Counted from the stretch's first letter, positions 1-11,389 are shown. The stretch is 35,084 nucleotides of DNA from Octopus bimaculoides (GCF_001194135.2 NC_069007.1:12143824-12178907); one strand, 5' to 3'. Notes: generated from the letters alone by a model not told the origin. Numbers and translations: made by a program.

Positions 1-55
<55 letters not shown>

Positions 56-56
56 A
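1..56. repeat. (TA)n followed by (TG)n microsatellite
   Basis: Directly visible. Confidence 0.95.
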
Positions 57-253
57 ACTACAATGTCATTATTGTACCAATGTTATTCATGTCCACTTTT
101 GTTCCAGCTGTGTTGACAGTCGACCTCCCAGTGGGACTGGATGTTCTCCAATAATATTGATTCATTATGGGAAATGATATTACAGTGGACTCCCTCATTG
201 TCTCCCTCTCTCTCACCATATATTGAAACACGCAAACACAAACATATATACAA

Positions 254-284
<31 letters not shown>

Positions 285-663
285 TAAGTCTGGCTGCAGT
301 CATCAAAACAAAACAGTTGTTATGCTAATGGTGCTTAGTGAGGCAGGAATGTGTTCACTGCTATCCTCCCCCAGAAAATTAAAACAAAGGAAACACAAAC
401 TGTCTTTTCCTTAACACTATGTTTAATTCTGGAGACTTTGTTAAGTCTTTGAGATTATCTTACCTTCTTGTTTGTAACCAGTACCAGTTCTCAAATCAGT
501 CTTTGTTTACTTTCTCTCAAAGCAAAGATAGTTTTAATAAATCAAGGATTTATCTTTTGTGGCGTTTACTCCACCATTCTTCATCCTTGTTGCCCAAATT
601 CATACCACTGACCATTCTCTGCTCTTTCTCTCAACCCATTTTTCATTTTACCTTTATACATTC

Positions 664-882
664 ACAGAATGGCAGAATAGCAAAATGGTTAGCACATTGG
701 GCAAAATGCTCAGCAGCATTTCGTCTGTCTTTATGTTCTGAGTTCAAATTCTGCCAAAGCCAACTTTGCCGTTCATCCTTTCAGGGTCGATCAAATAAGT
801 ACTAGTTAAATACTGGGGTTGATGCAGTAGACTTACTCCCTCCCCTGAAATTGCTGTCTTTGGGCCAAAATTTAAAACCAGT
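664..882 (+). mobile_element. SINE family A copy (tRNA-derived head)
   Basis: B-box-like GAGTTCAAATTC and the shared core gccaactttgccgttcatcctttcagggtcgat...aagtact, both recurring in about 10 copies in this window. Confidence 0.8.
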
Positions 883-929
883 TTCCTGTACTTGAGAAGA
901 GAAGACACATCAAGTTAAGTAAAATCATA

Positions 930-1722
930 GTCATGGCCGGTGCCAGTGACATGTCAGAGGCACCCATGCTGGTGACACAGGAAAGGCACCCAGTACAATC
1001 TGTGGTGCGGTGTGGTGTGGTGGGAATTAGGAAAAACATGCAGCCAGGGCCGGGTTAAGATCCATAGGCGCCTTAAGCACTTGAAAGGTTTTAGTGACCC
1101 TACATATATGTAATCCAAAATATAAACAGTTATAAACCATAAAACAATTTTTTTTTATTTTTCAAAATGAAACAAAATTAACAATAAGATGGAAAATAAT
1201 GGTTATTTTTGTATACTTCCACTTTATTTATATTTGAAAAGTTTTCTCCAGCTTTCTTTAATTGCAAAGTCTTTGAACAGGTCTTCCAAATTAATCTTAT
1301 GTAATGCATCTGCTTCTCTTCTTAGTAAACATAAAGCATTCAACCTGCCTTGTTGTGCAGTTGTTTTGATGAGATTTTTAATATACTTCAACTGAGAAAA
1401 TGAATGCTTAGCTGAGCAATTTGTCGCCATTAATGTTAAAAATATACGAAAGGTAATGTCTACATTTGGAAAGGCACACTCAATAATGTTTATTTTAGCA
1501 AGTTTAAAACGATTTTCTAATGTACCATAAACTATTTACAATTTCTGTGGTTCTCACCCTTTCCTCAATGCCCTAAGCACATACTTACTTTGCTTAAGGG
1601 TTAATCCAGTGTTGCATGCAGCTGTAGAAACCAAGCCAAACAGACTGGAGCCGGCTTACAGGTTCCAGTCAAACTTTCCAGCACATGCCAGCATGGAAAA
1701 CAGCCACTAAAAGATGATGATG
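930..1722 (+). mobile_element. Family C repeat (RTE 3' UTR-like), split by a hAT insertion
   Basis: 930-1044 and 1615-1722 join into the motif ggcacccagtaca...taggaa...cagctgtagaaacc...catgccagcatggaaaac...(GAT)n, also seen at 13330-13640, 19975-20135 and 25490-25740. Confidence 0.75.
1045..1614 (-). mobile_element. Non-autonomous hAT transposon retaining the transposase C-terminal dimerisation domain
   Basis: Exact 8-bp TSD CATGCAGC (1037-1044, 1615-1622); degenerate TIRs cagggccgggttaa / ttaatccagtgttg; minus-strand peptide FPNVDITFRIFLTLMATNCSAKHSFSQLKYIKNLIKTTAQQGRLNAL resembles the hAT dimerisation domain. Confidence 0.9.
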
Positions 1723-1781
1723 GCACAAGCACGTGCACGTATGAGTTTATGGAATATAAATAAAGTGGCAGTATACAAAAA

Positions 1782-2175
1782 TAAAGCATTGAAGAAGCAG
1801 TTGGACGGTTGTTATACGAGAATGCTTAGAATGGCACTCAATGTCTCCTGGAAGAGTCATACAACAAACGCTGACTTATACGAGGGACTACCAAAAGTAA
1901 CATTGAAGATACAGCATAGAAGGCTGAGGCTAGCTGGACACTGCATCAGACACACCAATGAAATTGCTAACAAGCTAGTCCTCTGGCAACAAACAGAAGG
2001 AAGATCCAAGAGAGGAAGGAGGAAGACGACCTATATCGACAAATTTCTGGAAGATTCTGGTATGGAAGGGGTACAGGAGTTGAGGACCATTATGGAAGAT
2101 CGAGATGAATAGGGAAAAATGTGTGGAAACAGTCTTTGGGCGTCCTGAGGGATAACCTAGTTAGGTAGGTAAGTA
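1782..2175 (+). mobile_element. RTE-clade LINE, 5'-truncated 3' end
   Basis: Peptide KQLDGCYTRMLRMALNVSWK...RRLRLAGHCIRH...RGRRKTTYID is a typical RTE ORF C-terminus; it ends in a (TAGG/TAAG)-like tail at about 2157-2176. Confidence 0.85.
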
Positions 2176-2509
2176 GTGTTGGGCATTTTGCAGCATCCAA
2201 GATCATTGAAAGATATACAAACTCAGGCCAGTTTGTGTGTTGTTGGAAGACGTGAGGTTTAAGTTTTTGAGTAAAGTTCTTCAGAGGATAGGAAAGATTT
2301 TTGTTTTGGACGGTGGTAAGCAATTAATTTGAAAGATGGCGGATGGCGGGAGGGAGTAGGGGAGATCAGTGTTTGGAGAGAGGGAGATGAAGCAGAAGTG
2401 GGGGGGATAAGAGGAAATAGTTATGGGTTATGTAAAGACTGGGAAGAAAGTAATTTTCTAGACAGGGAGACGCTCAAATATCACAATAGATTAAGGAGCG
2501 TATTAAGAA

Positions 2510-2667
2510 CAAACACACATACAATTATATATATATATATATGTGTGCGTGCATGCGTCCATGCATGTGTGTGTGTATACATACACACGCACAGATTTAT
2601 ATATAAATATATATCTACACACAAACATGTATATTTATATCTCTCTATTTATCTATCTGTCTATTTA

Positions 2668-2720
<53 letters not shown>

Positions 2721-2733
2721 ATCTATATGTATT

Positions 2734-2786
<53 letters not shown>

Positions 2787-3352
2787 TTATATATATATAT
2801 ACATAGATATACACACACATATACATATATATATATGTATGCATACACACACATATATACATATACACGTAGATACATATATGAATATATACAAATGTAA
2901 AAGTAGATGTGTATATACATATATAAATATATACATACATACATGTACCTGTGTGTGTGTGCATGTATACATACACACAAACACTTATATATATAAATTT
3001 AGATCTACACACAGGTTTATGTATATTTATATCTTTCTATTTATTTATCTAACTATGTCTATCTCTGTGTGTATATATATATATATATATATATACATAC
3101 ACACACACATATGCATAAATATATACAAATACACATATACATATATATGCATACACACACACATATATATATACATATACACATACATGCATATATGAAT
3201 ATATATAAATATAGAGTATATTTTGTATATACATATATAAATATATACACACAGATTATATATTTTCATATATATATATATATATATATATAAATACACA
3301 TATTTATATATATATGCACATGTACCTGTGTGTGTGTGTGTGTGTGTGTGTC
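2510..3352. repeat. Compound (TA)/(CA)/(TG) microsatellite
   Basis: Directly visible; the ORFs here are Y/I/H/T/C/V low-complexity artefacts. Confidence 0.95.
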
Positions 3353-3806
3353 TTCTGCAAAGTGACATTCTCCTCTAATATATTACTTCATCGTTAATGC
3401 ACAGACAGAATGGAAATTAAATTCTTGAGAATGGTTGCTGTGGGTGGCCGGAAGTGGTGGGGGAAGTAGAGGGTTAAAGACCAACACATAAATATAAATG
3501 TGGAGATGCCAAGCAAAGAAGGAAAGAAAAGAAAGGAAGAAAGAGTGGAGAGAAATAAAGCAAAGAAGAACGGCAGAGGGGGAGAGAACGAGGCGGGGGA
3601 CGGTGATTCCTTTTTATCTATTTACTGTAAAAACAATCTGTAAACAGAATGGTAATTCCGAATGTTTTATGAAAGTCCTGCAAGTGTATATTTAACCAAG
3701 TTGTCACTAATTCCATCATTGTTTCTTGTTTACCACAACAAAACATACAATCAATACTGAATAGTGATGTAGAGGCACTCATTTTTATCGTTTTCCCTAC
3801 AGAACT

Positions 3807-3868
3807 TCGCAAACTAAGACATTCTCTCAGACGCTGCCAAAGTTTCACCTTTCATCAGTCATTTGCGA
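3807..3868 (-). ncRNA. Candidate minimal type I hammerhead ribozyme
   Basis: Minus strand reads TCGCAAATGA-CTGATGA-AAGGT-GAAA-C...G-TC-TTAGTTTGCGA: intact core, GUC triplet, 10-bp stem I with one bulge; stem II is only about 1 bp. Confidence 0.5.
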
Positions 3869-3896
3869 CCTTTGAGTATATTTTATTTAATCTGTT

Positions 3897-4130
3897 AATA
3901 TTTTACATGTTTCAGTCATTAGATTGTGCCCATGCTGGGGCAGTACTTTAAAGAAATTTTTGTCAAATGCATCGACCTCGATACATATTTTTTTGTTAAG
4001 CCTGGTATTTATTTGATTGGTCTCTTTTGCCGAACTGGTAAGTTACAGGGATGTAAACACACCAACGTCGGTTGTTAAACAGTGGTGGGGGGATAAACAC
4101 AAGCACACACACACACATACACACACACAT
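3897..4130 (-). mobile_element. SINE family B, 3' half
   Basis: tgtttcagtcattagattgtgcccatgctgggg...ctaagttacagggatgtaaacacacc matches the reverse complement of the 3' part of the copy at 6412-6814. Confidence 0.8.
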
Positions 4131-4575
4131 ATCAATATATATATATATATATATATATATNNNNNNNNNNNNNNNNNNNNNNNNNNNNNNNNNNNNNNNN
4201 NNNNNNNNNNNNNNNNNNNNNNNNNNNNNNNNNNNNNNNNNNNNNNNNNNNNNNNNNNNNNNNNNNNNNNNNNNNNNNNNNNNNNNNNNNNNNNNNNNNN
4301 NNNNNNNNNNNNNNNNNNNNNNNNNNNNNNNNNNNNNNNNNNNNNNNNNNNNNNNNNNNNNNNNNNNNNNNNNNNNNNNNNNNNNNNNNNNNNNNNNNNN
4401 NNNNNNNNNNNNNNNNNNNNNNNNNNNNNNNNNNNNNNNNNNNNNNNNNNNNNNNNNNNNNNNNNNNNNNNNNNNNNNNNNNNNNNNNNNNNNNNNNNNN
4501 NNNNNNNNNNNNNNNNNNNNNNNNNNNNNNNNNNNNNNNNNNNNNNNNNNNNNNNNNNNNNNNNNNNNNNNNNNN

Positions 4576-5300
4576 AGTTGACATTCCCTTTGCAGTTTTT
4601 AATTCAGAAACTCTTTTTGGCATTGAACTGATGAGCTTTGTGATTGTCTCTTGTGGAATTTCTGCCCACTTTTCACACAACAATTCATCTTTAGATTTAG
4701 TTTTCTGTCAAGTTTTCGTATAGCTCTATCTGGTATGCTCCAAAGATTTTCAATTGGGTTCATGTCAGGAGATTGGCTCGGCCAAGGAAGCTTTTTGATC
4801 CCATTTTCAGTCAGCCATTGTTGATTCCTTTGCGCTGTGTGGCATGGAGCCCCATCTTCCATGAATAAAAACTCATTTTCCATTATGTTATCGTGTGAAT
4901 ACATCGGAAGTAGTCCTTGCTTAAGTATTTCAATGTATTTTTCAGAGTTTATGGTTCCAAACCATTCGATTAGCTCAGAACAATCATTGCTGGTGACAGT
5001 TCCCCATGCCATTACGGAGATACCGCCATGTTTCACAGTTGGTTGGAGTCGTTTCAAATCAAATTCTTGATTGGGAAACCTCCAGACCCAAACACATCCA
5101 CTGTCTGAAAATAATGCAAATCTGGATTCATCTGAGAAAATCGCTCTATCCCAAAATGAACTGGATTTTTCTGACATCTCCTTAGCCCATTTCTTTCTTT
5201 TCGTGATATTAATTGGCTGAAAGAGAGGTTTTCTTCTAGCTGCTCGTCCATAATACCCAAGCTTACCACACAGCCACACCTGTACTTGATTGGGTCTTTT
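4576..5300 (-). mobile_element. Tc1-family transposase (DD34E), partial, one frameshift
   Basis: Motifs RAARRKPL, IFSDES, PTVKHGG, FMEDGAPCH, WPSQSPDMNPIENLW; 34 residues counted between the second D and the E; frameshift near 4700; 3' end lost in a gap. Confidence 0.93.
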
Positions 5301-5375
5301 TTTGTTTTTGGAGTGGAGTATTATTCTTAGGGTTTGGGGCTTCTCATTGTCACAAACTGATATTTAAGGCGTAAA

Positions 5376-5590
5376 AGGTGGCGAGCTAGTAAAAACGCTA
5401 GCACACCAGGCGAAATGCTTAGTGGTATTTCATCTGTCTTTATGTTCTGAGTTCAAATTCCGCCGAGGTTGACTTTGCCATTCATCCTTTCAGGAATGAT
5501 AAATTAAGTACCAGTTGCATACTGGGATCAATCTAAATGACTGGCCCTCTCCCCCAAAATTTCGGCCCTTGTGCCTAGAATAGAAAAGAA
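5376..5590 (+). mobile_element. SINE family A, full length
   Basis: Head ggtggcgagctag...gagttcaaattccgccgagg, family core, and tail gtgcctagaatagaaaag. Confidence 0.85.
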
Positions 5591-5795
5591 AGGCGTCGAG
5601 CTGGCAAAAACGTTAGCACACTAGACAAAATACTTTGCGTTATTTCGTCTGTCTTTACGCTCTGTGTTTAAATTCCACTGAAGTCAATAAATTAAGTACC
5701 AGTTGTATACTGGGATCGATAAATTAAGTTCCAGTTGCATACTGGGGGCGATCTAATCGACTGGCCCCATGGAAGGCGGGAATTAAACAATGATG
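5591..5795 (+). mobile_element. Rearranged SINE family A copy with family C/RTE-type tail
   Basis: Family A head with an internal deletion and a roughly 31-bp tandem duplication (ataaattaagtaccagttgtatactgggatcg), then catggaaggcgggaattaaacaatgatgatg. Confidence 0.7.
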
Positions 5796-6411
5796 ATGAT
5801 GATATATATATGTGTTTATACATAATACATATATATGTATATATATTTATATATACACACACACACATATGTGTGTCTGTGTATGCTTGTATGTGCCTGT
5901 ATAGGCTATCTTTCTCTGAGTGATGTATATATATCTGGTTAAATGCACTGCTGGAGCTCTGATAACCAGTTAAATGTTGAGCAGTTCAGCTCTTCTCTTT
6001 CTAACAACTTTTCACCTCAGTAGACGAGGGATGATTACATTAACGTTATTAAGCTTCTGGCTAAATCTATATTGGTAGAGCTTTCAACTCCATCAGTGCT
6101 AGCCATGATTATTGCAGTATCTGAGGTACTTTTATGTTGTGTTAAAAAGAATTAAGGTCCAAAGAGTGAACATTTTTCAGGAATGTTTATATTCTTCATG
6201 CATGTTAATGTCACAGTTGCTGATACAAAGGAGAAAAGAAATACATTAGTGAATGTCTGTTACANNNNNNNNNNNNNNNNNNNNNNNNNNNNNNNNNNNN
6301 NNNNNNNNNNNNNNNNNNNNNNNNNNNNNNNNNNNNNNNNNNGTGTGTGTGTGTGTGTGTGCTAATATTAAACTCTGTTGCCTCTGCTAAATATTAATAA
6401 GAATATGCATA

Positions 6412-6814
6412 TACTCAGGTGTGGCTGTGTGGTAAGTAGCTTGCTTACTAACCACATGGTTCTGGGTTCAGTCCCTCTGTGTGGCACCTTGGGCAAGTGT
6501 AATCTGCTATAGCCTTGCGCCGACCAAAGCCTTGTGAGTGGATCTGGTAGACGGAAACTGAAAGAAGCCCGTTGTATACATGTGTGTGTGTGTGTATGTG
6601 TATGTATGTGTTTGTGTGTCTGTGTTTATCTCCCCATCATCGCTTGATAACTGATGTTTGTGTTTACATACCCATAACTTAGCAGTTTGGCTAGAGAGAC
6701 TGATAGAATAAGTACCAGACTTACAAAGAATAAGCTCTAGGATCGATCTGTTCGACTAAAGGTGGTGCTCCAGCATGGCCACCGCCAAATGACTGAAACA
6801 AATAAAAGAATAAA
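6412..6814 (+). mobile_element. SINE family B, full length (CORE-SINE-like)
   Basis: tRNA-like head (tggctgtgtggtaag...gggttcagtcc), CORE-like accttgggcaagtg, internal (TG)n and tail gactgaaacaaataaaagaataaa. Confidence 0.85.
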
Positions 6815-7989
6815 CTCATATTTTGAGTTCCATTCTTCCTGTTTGCATCAACATATCTGATCTATCTATCTATGTGTGTGTGTATATCTGTATATATTTA
6901 TGTATACATCTATATGTTTGTGTGAATATATATGCATATACATACACANNNNNNNNNNNNNNNNNNNNNNNNNNNNNNNNNNNNNNNNNNNNNNNNNNNN
7001 NNNNNNNNNNNNNNNNNNNNNNNNNNNNNNNNNNNNNNNNNNNNNNNNNNNNNNNNNNNNNNNNNNNNNNNNNNNNNNNNNNNNNNNNNNNNNNNNNNNN
7101 NNNNNNNNNNNNNNNNNNNNNNNNNNNNNNNNNNNNNNNNNNNNNNNNNNNNNNNNNNNNNNNNNNNNNNNNNNNNNNNNNNNNNNNNNNNNNNNNNNNN
7201 NNNNNNNNNNNNNNNNNNNNNNNNNNNNNNNNNNNNNNNNNNNNNNNNNNNNNNNNNNNNNNNNNNNNNNNNNNNNNNNNNNNNNNNNNNNNNNNNNNNN
7301 NNNNNNNNNNNNNNNNNNNNNNNNNNNNNNNNNNNNNNNNNNNNNNNNNNNNNNNNNNNNNNNNNNNNNNNNNNNNNNNNNNNNNNNNNNNNNNNNNNNN
7401 NNNNNNNNNNNNNNNNNNNNNNNNNNNNNNNNNNNNNNNNNNNNNNNNNNNNNNNNNNNNNNNNNNNNNNNNNNNNNNNNNNNNNNNNNNNNNNNNNNNN
7501 NNNNNNNNNNNNNNNNNNNNNNNNNNNNNNNNNNNNNNNNNNNNNNNNNNNNNNNNNNNNNNNNNNNNNNNNNNNNNNNNNNNNNNNNNNNNNNNNNNNN
7601 NNNNNNNNNNNNNNNNNNNNNNNNNNNNNNNNNNNNNNNNNNNNNNNNNNNNNNNNNNNNNNNNNNNNNNNNNNNNNNNNNNNNNNNNNNNNNNNNNNNN
7701 NNNNNNNNNNNNNNNATATATTTGTATATTTATATATCTGTACATACTTATCTATGAGGCTGAGGACTTCTAGAATGAAATTATATTGGACCTTGCTACA
7801 TCATCAGTCAACTTTTTCTATTCAATGATAACACAATGTCTGACTCATATTTTAATCCTGATAAAGATATTTTTTTAAAAAATGCCTAAAATATAAATAT
7901 CTTACATGACTTAAATATTTTATCTCTAAGTAATGTTGTGAATCCTCCAGACACTTGCCTCCCTCTCTACAGTGGCCCCTTGACATTTC

Positions 7990-8186
7990 TGAGCACAAAG
8001 CTTTCAGAGGGATGCTGTTACCACTTATGGTTCCTCAGTGTGTTAGAAATAGCAGCCAAATCTTAATTATATCCTCCAAAATGAAGCAATACTGGTTTAC
8101 TCTTAGCTACATTTAGTCAGAAGTAGAAGAAAGGATATTGGAATACCTGTTTTTGCATTCATAGGTCTTACGTGTACCAGGGAAGA
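7990..8186 (+). repeat. Family G interspersed repeat fragment
   Basis: Shares tagaaatagcagccaaatc with 9835-10310 and 24480-24810. Confidence 0.5.
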
Positions 8187-8202
8187 CATTAAGTTAAATA
8201 TT

Positions 8203-8416
8203 CTTTTCTACTCTAGGTACAAGGTCCGAAATTTTGGGGGAGGGAGCCAGTCGATTAGAACAACCCCACTACATAACTGGTACTTAATCTATCAACCCCA
8301 AGAGGAAGAAAGGCAAAATCGACCTTGGCGGAATTTGAACTCAGAATGTAAAGGCAGACGACATACCACTAAGCATTTCGCCCAGCGTGCTAACGTTTCT
8401 GCCAGCTCGCCACCTT
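8203..8416 (-). mobile_element. SINE family A, full length, 16-bp TSD
   Basis: TSD cattaagttaaatatt at 8187-8202 and 8417-8432. Confidence 0.92.
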
Positions 8417-8439
8417 CATTAAGTTAAATATTGTCATCA

Positions 8440-8780
8440 ACAACACTACTACAGTCACTCACCACCACCACCACCACCACCACCACCACCACCACTGACA
8501 GTGACTGCCACCCCACCCCTGACTTCCACCTTCACCATCAATCATATTCACCAGTCACCAGTCTACCACCATCAATGCCTTCACCACCACCTCCATTGCC
8601 ACATCACCATTACCACCACCACCATCATCATCATTACCATCATGACCACCACCACCATCACTACCTCCACTACCACCACCATCATCATCATTACCACTAC
8701 CACTAACACCACCACCATTACTATCACCACCACCATCACTCTCATCAAGAGTACTGCTATGTGTGGTGATGGGGGTGGTG
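8440..8780. repeat. (CAC/CAT)n degenerate trinucleotide repeat
   Basis: Directly visible; source of the poly-T/poly-H ORFs. Confidence 0.9.
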
Positions 8781-9958
8781 AATACCCCAGGGTGAAAGAA
8801 ATGGTAAGGAAATGTTATATTTGAGAGAAAAATAAACAATTAAAGAAGATAACATGTAATGAGTTGGACTGAAGAGAGAGAGAGGAGTGTTTGTCATTTT
8901 TGGAATGTCAAACAAAATGTCATGGCAACAAAACCACTTGTTGGGTTGGTGAAGGGGAGTGGCACAGTGGGGTGGTAGAGGGAAGAGCACAATAGAGAGG
9001 TAGGGGAGGGTGTATTTGGGATGTAAAAGTGGAACAGTGATCAGGGTGGAGCGAGTGGGGTGAATGGAAAGATATCATGTGTGTGTGGCATAATTGGAGT
9101 GGAGAAACCAGGATGTTTAAGGTTCTCTGTGTGTGTGTCCAGATGGATGGGTGAGTGGATATCGTATTGAATTACCAGCTCATATTCTTTTGCCTAAAGT
9201 AGATGTCTTATGTATTTGGGCCAGTAAACTTACTACCCAATTCAAAGAAAATACAGCTGGAGAAGTTAATGTAAAGTAGACTGTCGCTTAATCCCAGTGG
9301 AGGTTTTATCTTTAGTCACAGCATCTCTAGGTCAGTGTATTTATTTTTGCATCAGCTCAGTTGCCCTCATTATCAGTAAGTAGTTTAATGATGCATCAAG
9401 AGAGTTTAGTCTCAGGTTGACTTGCATTCCATCCCAGGGGAGATACTTTCCTCCTCTTCTCACCTATAGAAACCCTAACACAGTACAAGTACAGTTCATT
9501 CTAATACCCTCAGTTCACCACCCAACTGTCAAGCAGAATAGATACACTGATACATTGACGAAATTAACTCAAAGATGGGCTAGCTAGCTATCCCAGTGAA
9601 TATACATCTCACCTGCCAATACACTTCATTCTACATTCCCTCATTTCACTAAACTGTCAGGAAAGAGACAGGCACTTGGTATATCGGTGGAATTTTCCTG
9701 ATCCTGTTGACCCCTTACTAAACATGTTCAAAACATGGTCGTCTGTCTATAATGTTGCATGCAAGGAAACCAAGAATGCATTATTCACCAAGTTTTTTTT
9801 TATCTAAGATGGTAGTTGGAGAGGAAGGGCAGTGATTTGAAGAGCATTTAGCTGCTGTTTCTTGCAAGGTTAGCAACATTGTATAAAGATTGCCAGAAAC
9901 AGCAGCCAAACCACCCTTAAATCCCACTCACCCACCTTAAAAGATAAAACTTAATATT

Positions 9959-10175
9959 CTTTTCTACTCTAGGCACAAGGCCCAAAATCTTTGGGGAGGT
10001 GGGGGTCATTAAATTAGATCAACCCCAGTACGCAACTGGTATTTAATTTACCGACGCCAAAAGGATTAAAGGCAAAGTCGACCTTGGCGGAATTTGAACT
10101 CAGAAGGTAAAGACAGATGAAATACCGCTAAGCATTTCGCCTGGTGTGCTAACCACTCTGCCAGCTCACCACCTT
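9959..10175 (-). mobile_element. SINE family A nested in a family G repeat, 16-bp TSD
   Basis: TSD gataaaacttaatatt (9943-9958) / gataaaactgaatatt (10176-10191), one mismatch. Confidence 0.9.
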
Positions 10176-10404
10176 GATAAAACTGAATATTGTAATATAT
10201 TAGATGGTTCTAGATGTGACCTGTGAGGAAAGAAAATAGGAAGCAAGATAAGGTAGGATGGCCATAGCTGGGATGCCTTTGATTGTTAGTCTGCTTGATT
10301 AGGACTGGTTAATGTTTAACATCTTGAACTTTGACAAGTCCCTTAACCCCTTGGAGTATATCTAGGGGGAGAAAGCCCGGCAGAGCCCATCCCTCTCTAG
10401 GCTA

Positions 10405-10528
10405 AACTCATTTCTACAGCTGAGTGAAACAAAGTGTTTTGCTTAAGAACACAATACATCACCCAGTCTAGGGATTGAAACCACAATCTTACAGTCTGGA
10501 ATCCAACAACTAAGCCACGTGCCTCCAC
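10405..10528 (-). mobile_element. SINE family F, 5' part
   Basis: aagtgttttgcttaagaacacaa...gggattgaaaccacaatc...ctaagccacgtgcctccac is the reverse complement of a tRNA-like head; paralogues at 23876-24070 and 34349-34452. Confidence 0.75.
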
Positions 10529-10830
10529 TATTACCAGCTTGAACTACCATTACAATGGTTGAGCTGTTGAAATATCCAATGTCATCACATGTGAAGTGGT
10601 TTTTTTCTTTTTTTTTTTGTTATCAGGTATTGCTAAAGGATATGTGTGTGTGTGTGTNNNNNNNNNNGTGTGTGTGTGTGTTTGAATATATACACACACA
10701 CACACACATATCATCTTTATCATCATCATGGAAAGCAGCTGCTAAATGTTGATGATAATGGTATATGTATGTATGAGCTTGTCTTTGAATATTATATATT
10801 TGTACATGTGTATGTATGTATGTATGTATG

Positions 10831-10885
<55 letters not shown>

Positions 10886-11053
10886 AACCATATCACACAC
10901 ACATGTATTCAAATTATATTGCATCGATATCAATCTTGATGTCAATGAAATAAAAAGTCTAGCTGTATTGTAACATGTTTTTTTCTCAATTTGTACTCTG
11001 CATATGTGATGCAACATGCTTAGATCACATTTATATTGCAACTAGCATATCAA

Positions 11054-11357
11054 GCCGGCAATGGTGGCAGGGGTATTGATGACAGCGATGACGGTGGCAA
11101 TAGCAGTGATGACAGCGACAGTAGTGATGGGAACGACAGTGGCGATGGACATATCTTACAGCATCATCACAAATTGATACAGTCACACGGGAATATGTTG
11201 NNNNNNNNNNGCCGGCAATGGTGGCAGGGGTATTGATGACAGCGATGACGGTGGCAATAGTAGTGATGACAGCGACAGTAGTGATGGGAACGACAGTGGC
11301 GATGGATATATCTTACAGCATCATCACAAATTGATACAGTCACACGGGAATATGTTG
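11054..11357. repeat. 147-bp direct duplication flanking a 10-N gap (probable assembly overlap)
   Basis: 11054-11200 and 11211-11357 differ at 2 positions. Confidence 0.85.
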
Positions 11358-11389
11358 AGCTGTATCATACACTTCAGGTTTTTCTCCAT

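Noticed and set aside
58-215. Minus-strand ORF tail MRESTVISFPIMNQYYW...
   Set aside because: No recognisable family and no splice acceptor; flanked by microsatellites.
2329-3368. Long ORFs up to 289 aa, and similar ones at 16075-16698 and 29070-30769
   Set aside because: Translations of dinucleotide microsatellites (Y/I/H/T/C/V only).
3813-3875. Plus-strand exon candidate after ttttccctacag (ELRKLRHSLRRCQ...)
   Set aside because: Weak donor, no homology, and it overlaps the antisense hammerhead candidate.
6021-6125. Exon-like segment TRDDYINVIKLLAKSILVEL... with AG/GT ends
   Set aside because: No recognisable protein; the sequence resembles an interspersed repeat I recall from similar genomes, so it is not supportable as an exon without BLAST.
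7752-7800. CTGAGGA...GAAA hammerhead-like string
   Set aside because: Stem II closing pair is C-U, there is no NUH triplet in register, and stem I is not contiguous.
8431-8839. Poly-His/Thr/Gly ORFs
   Set aside because: Products of (CAC/CAT)n repeats.
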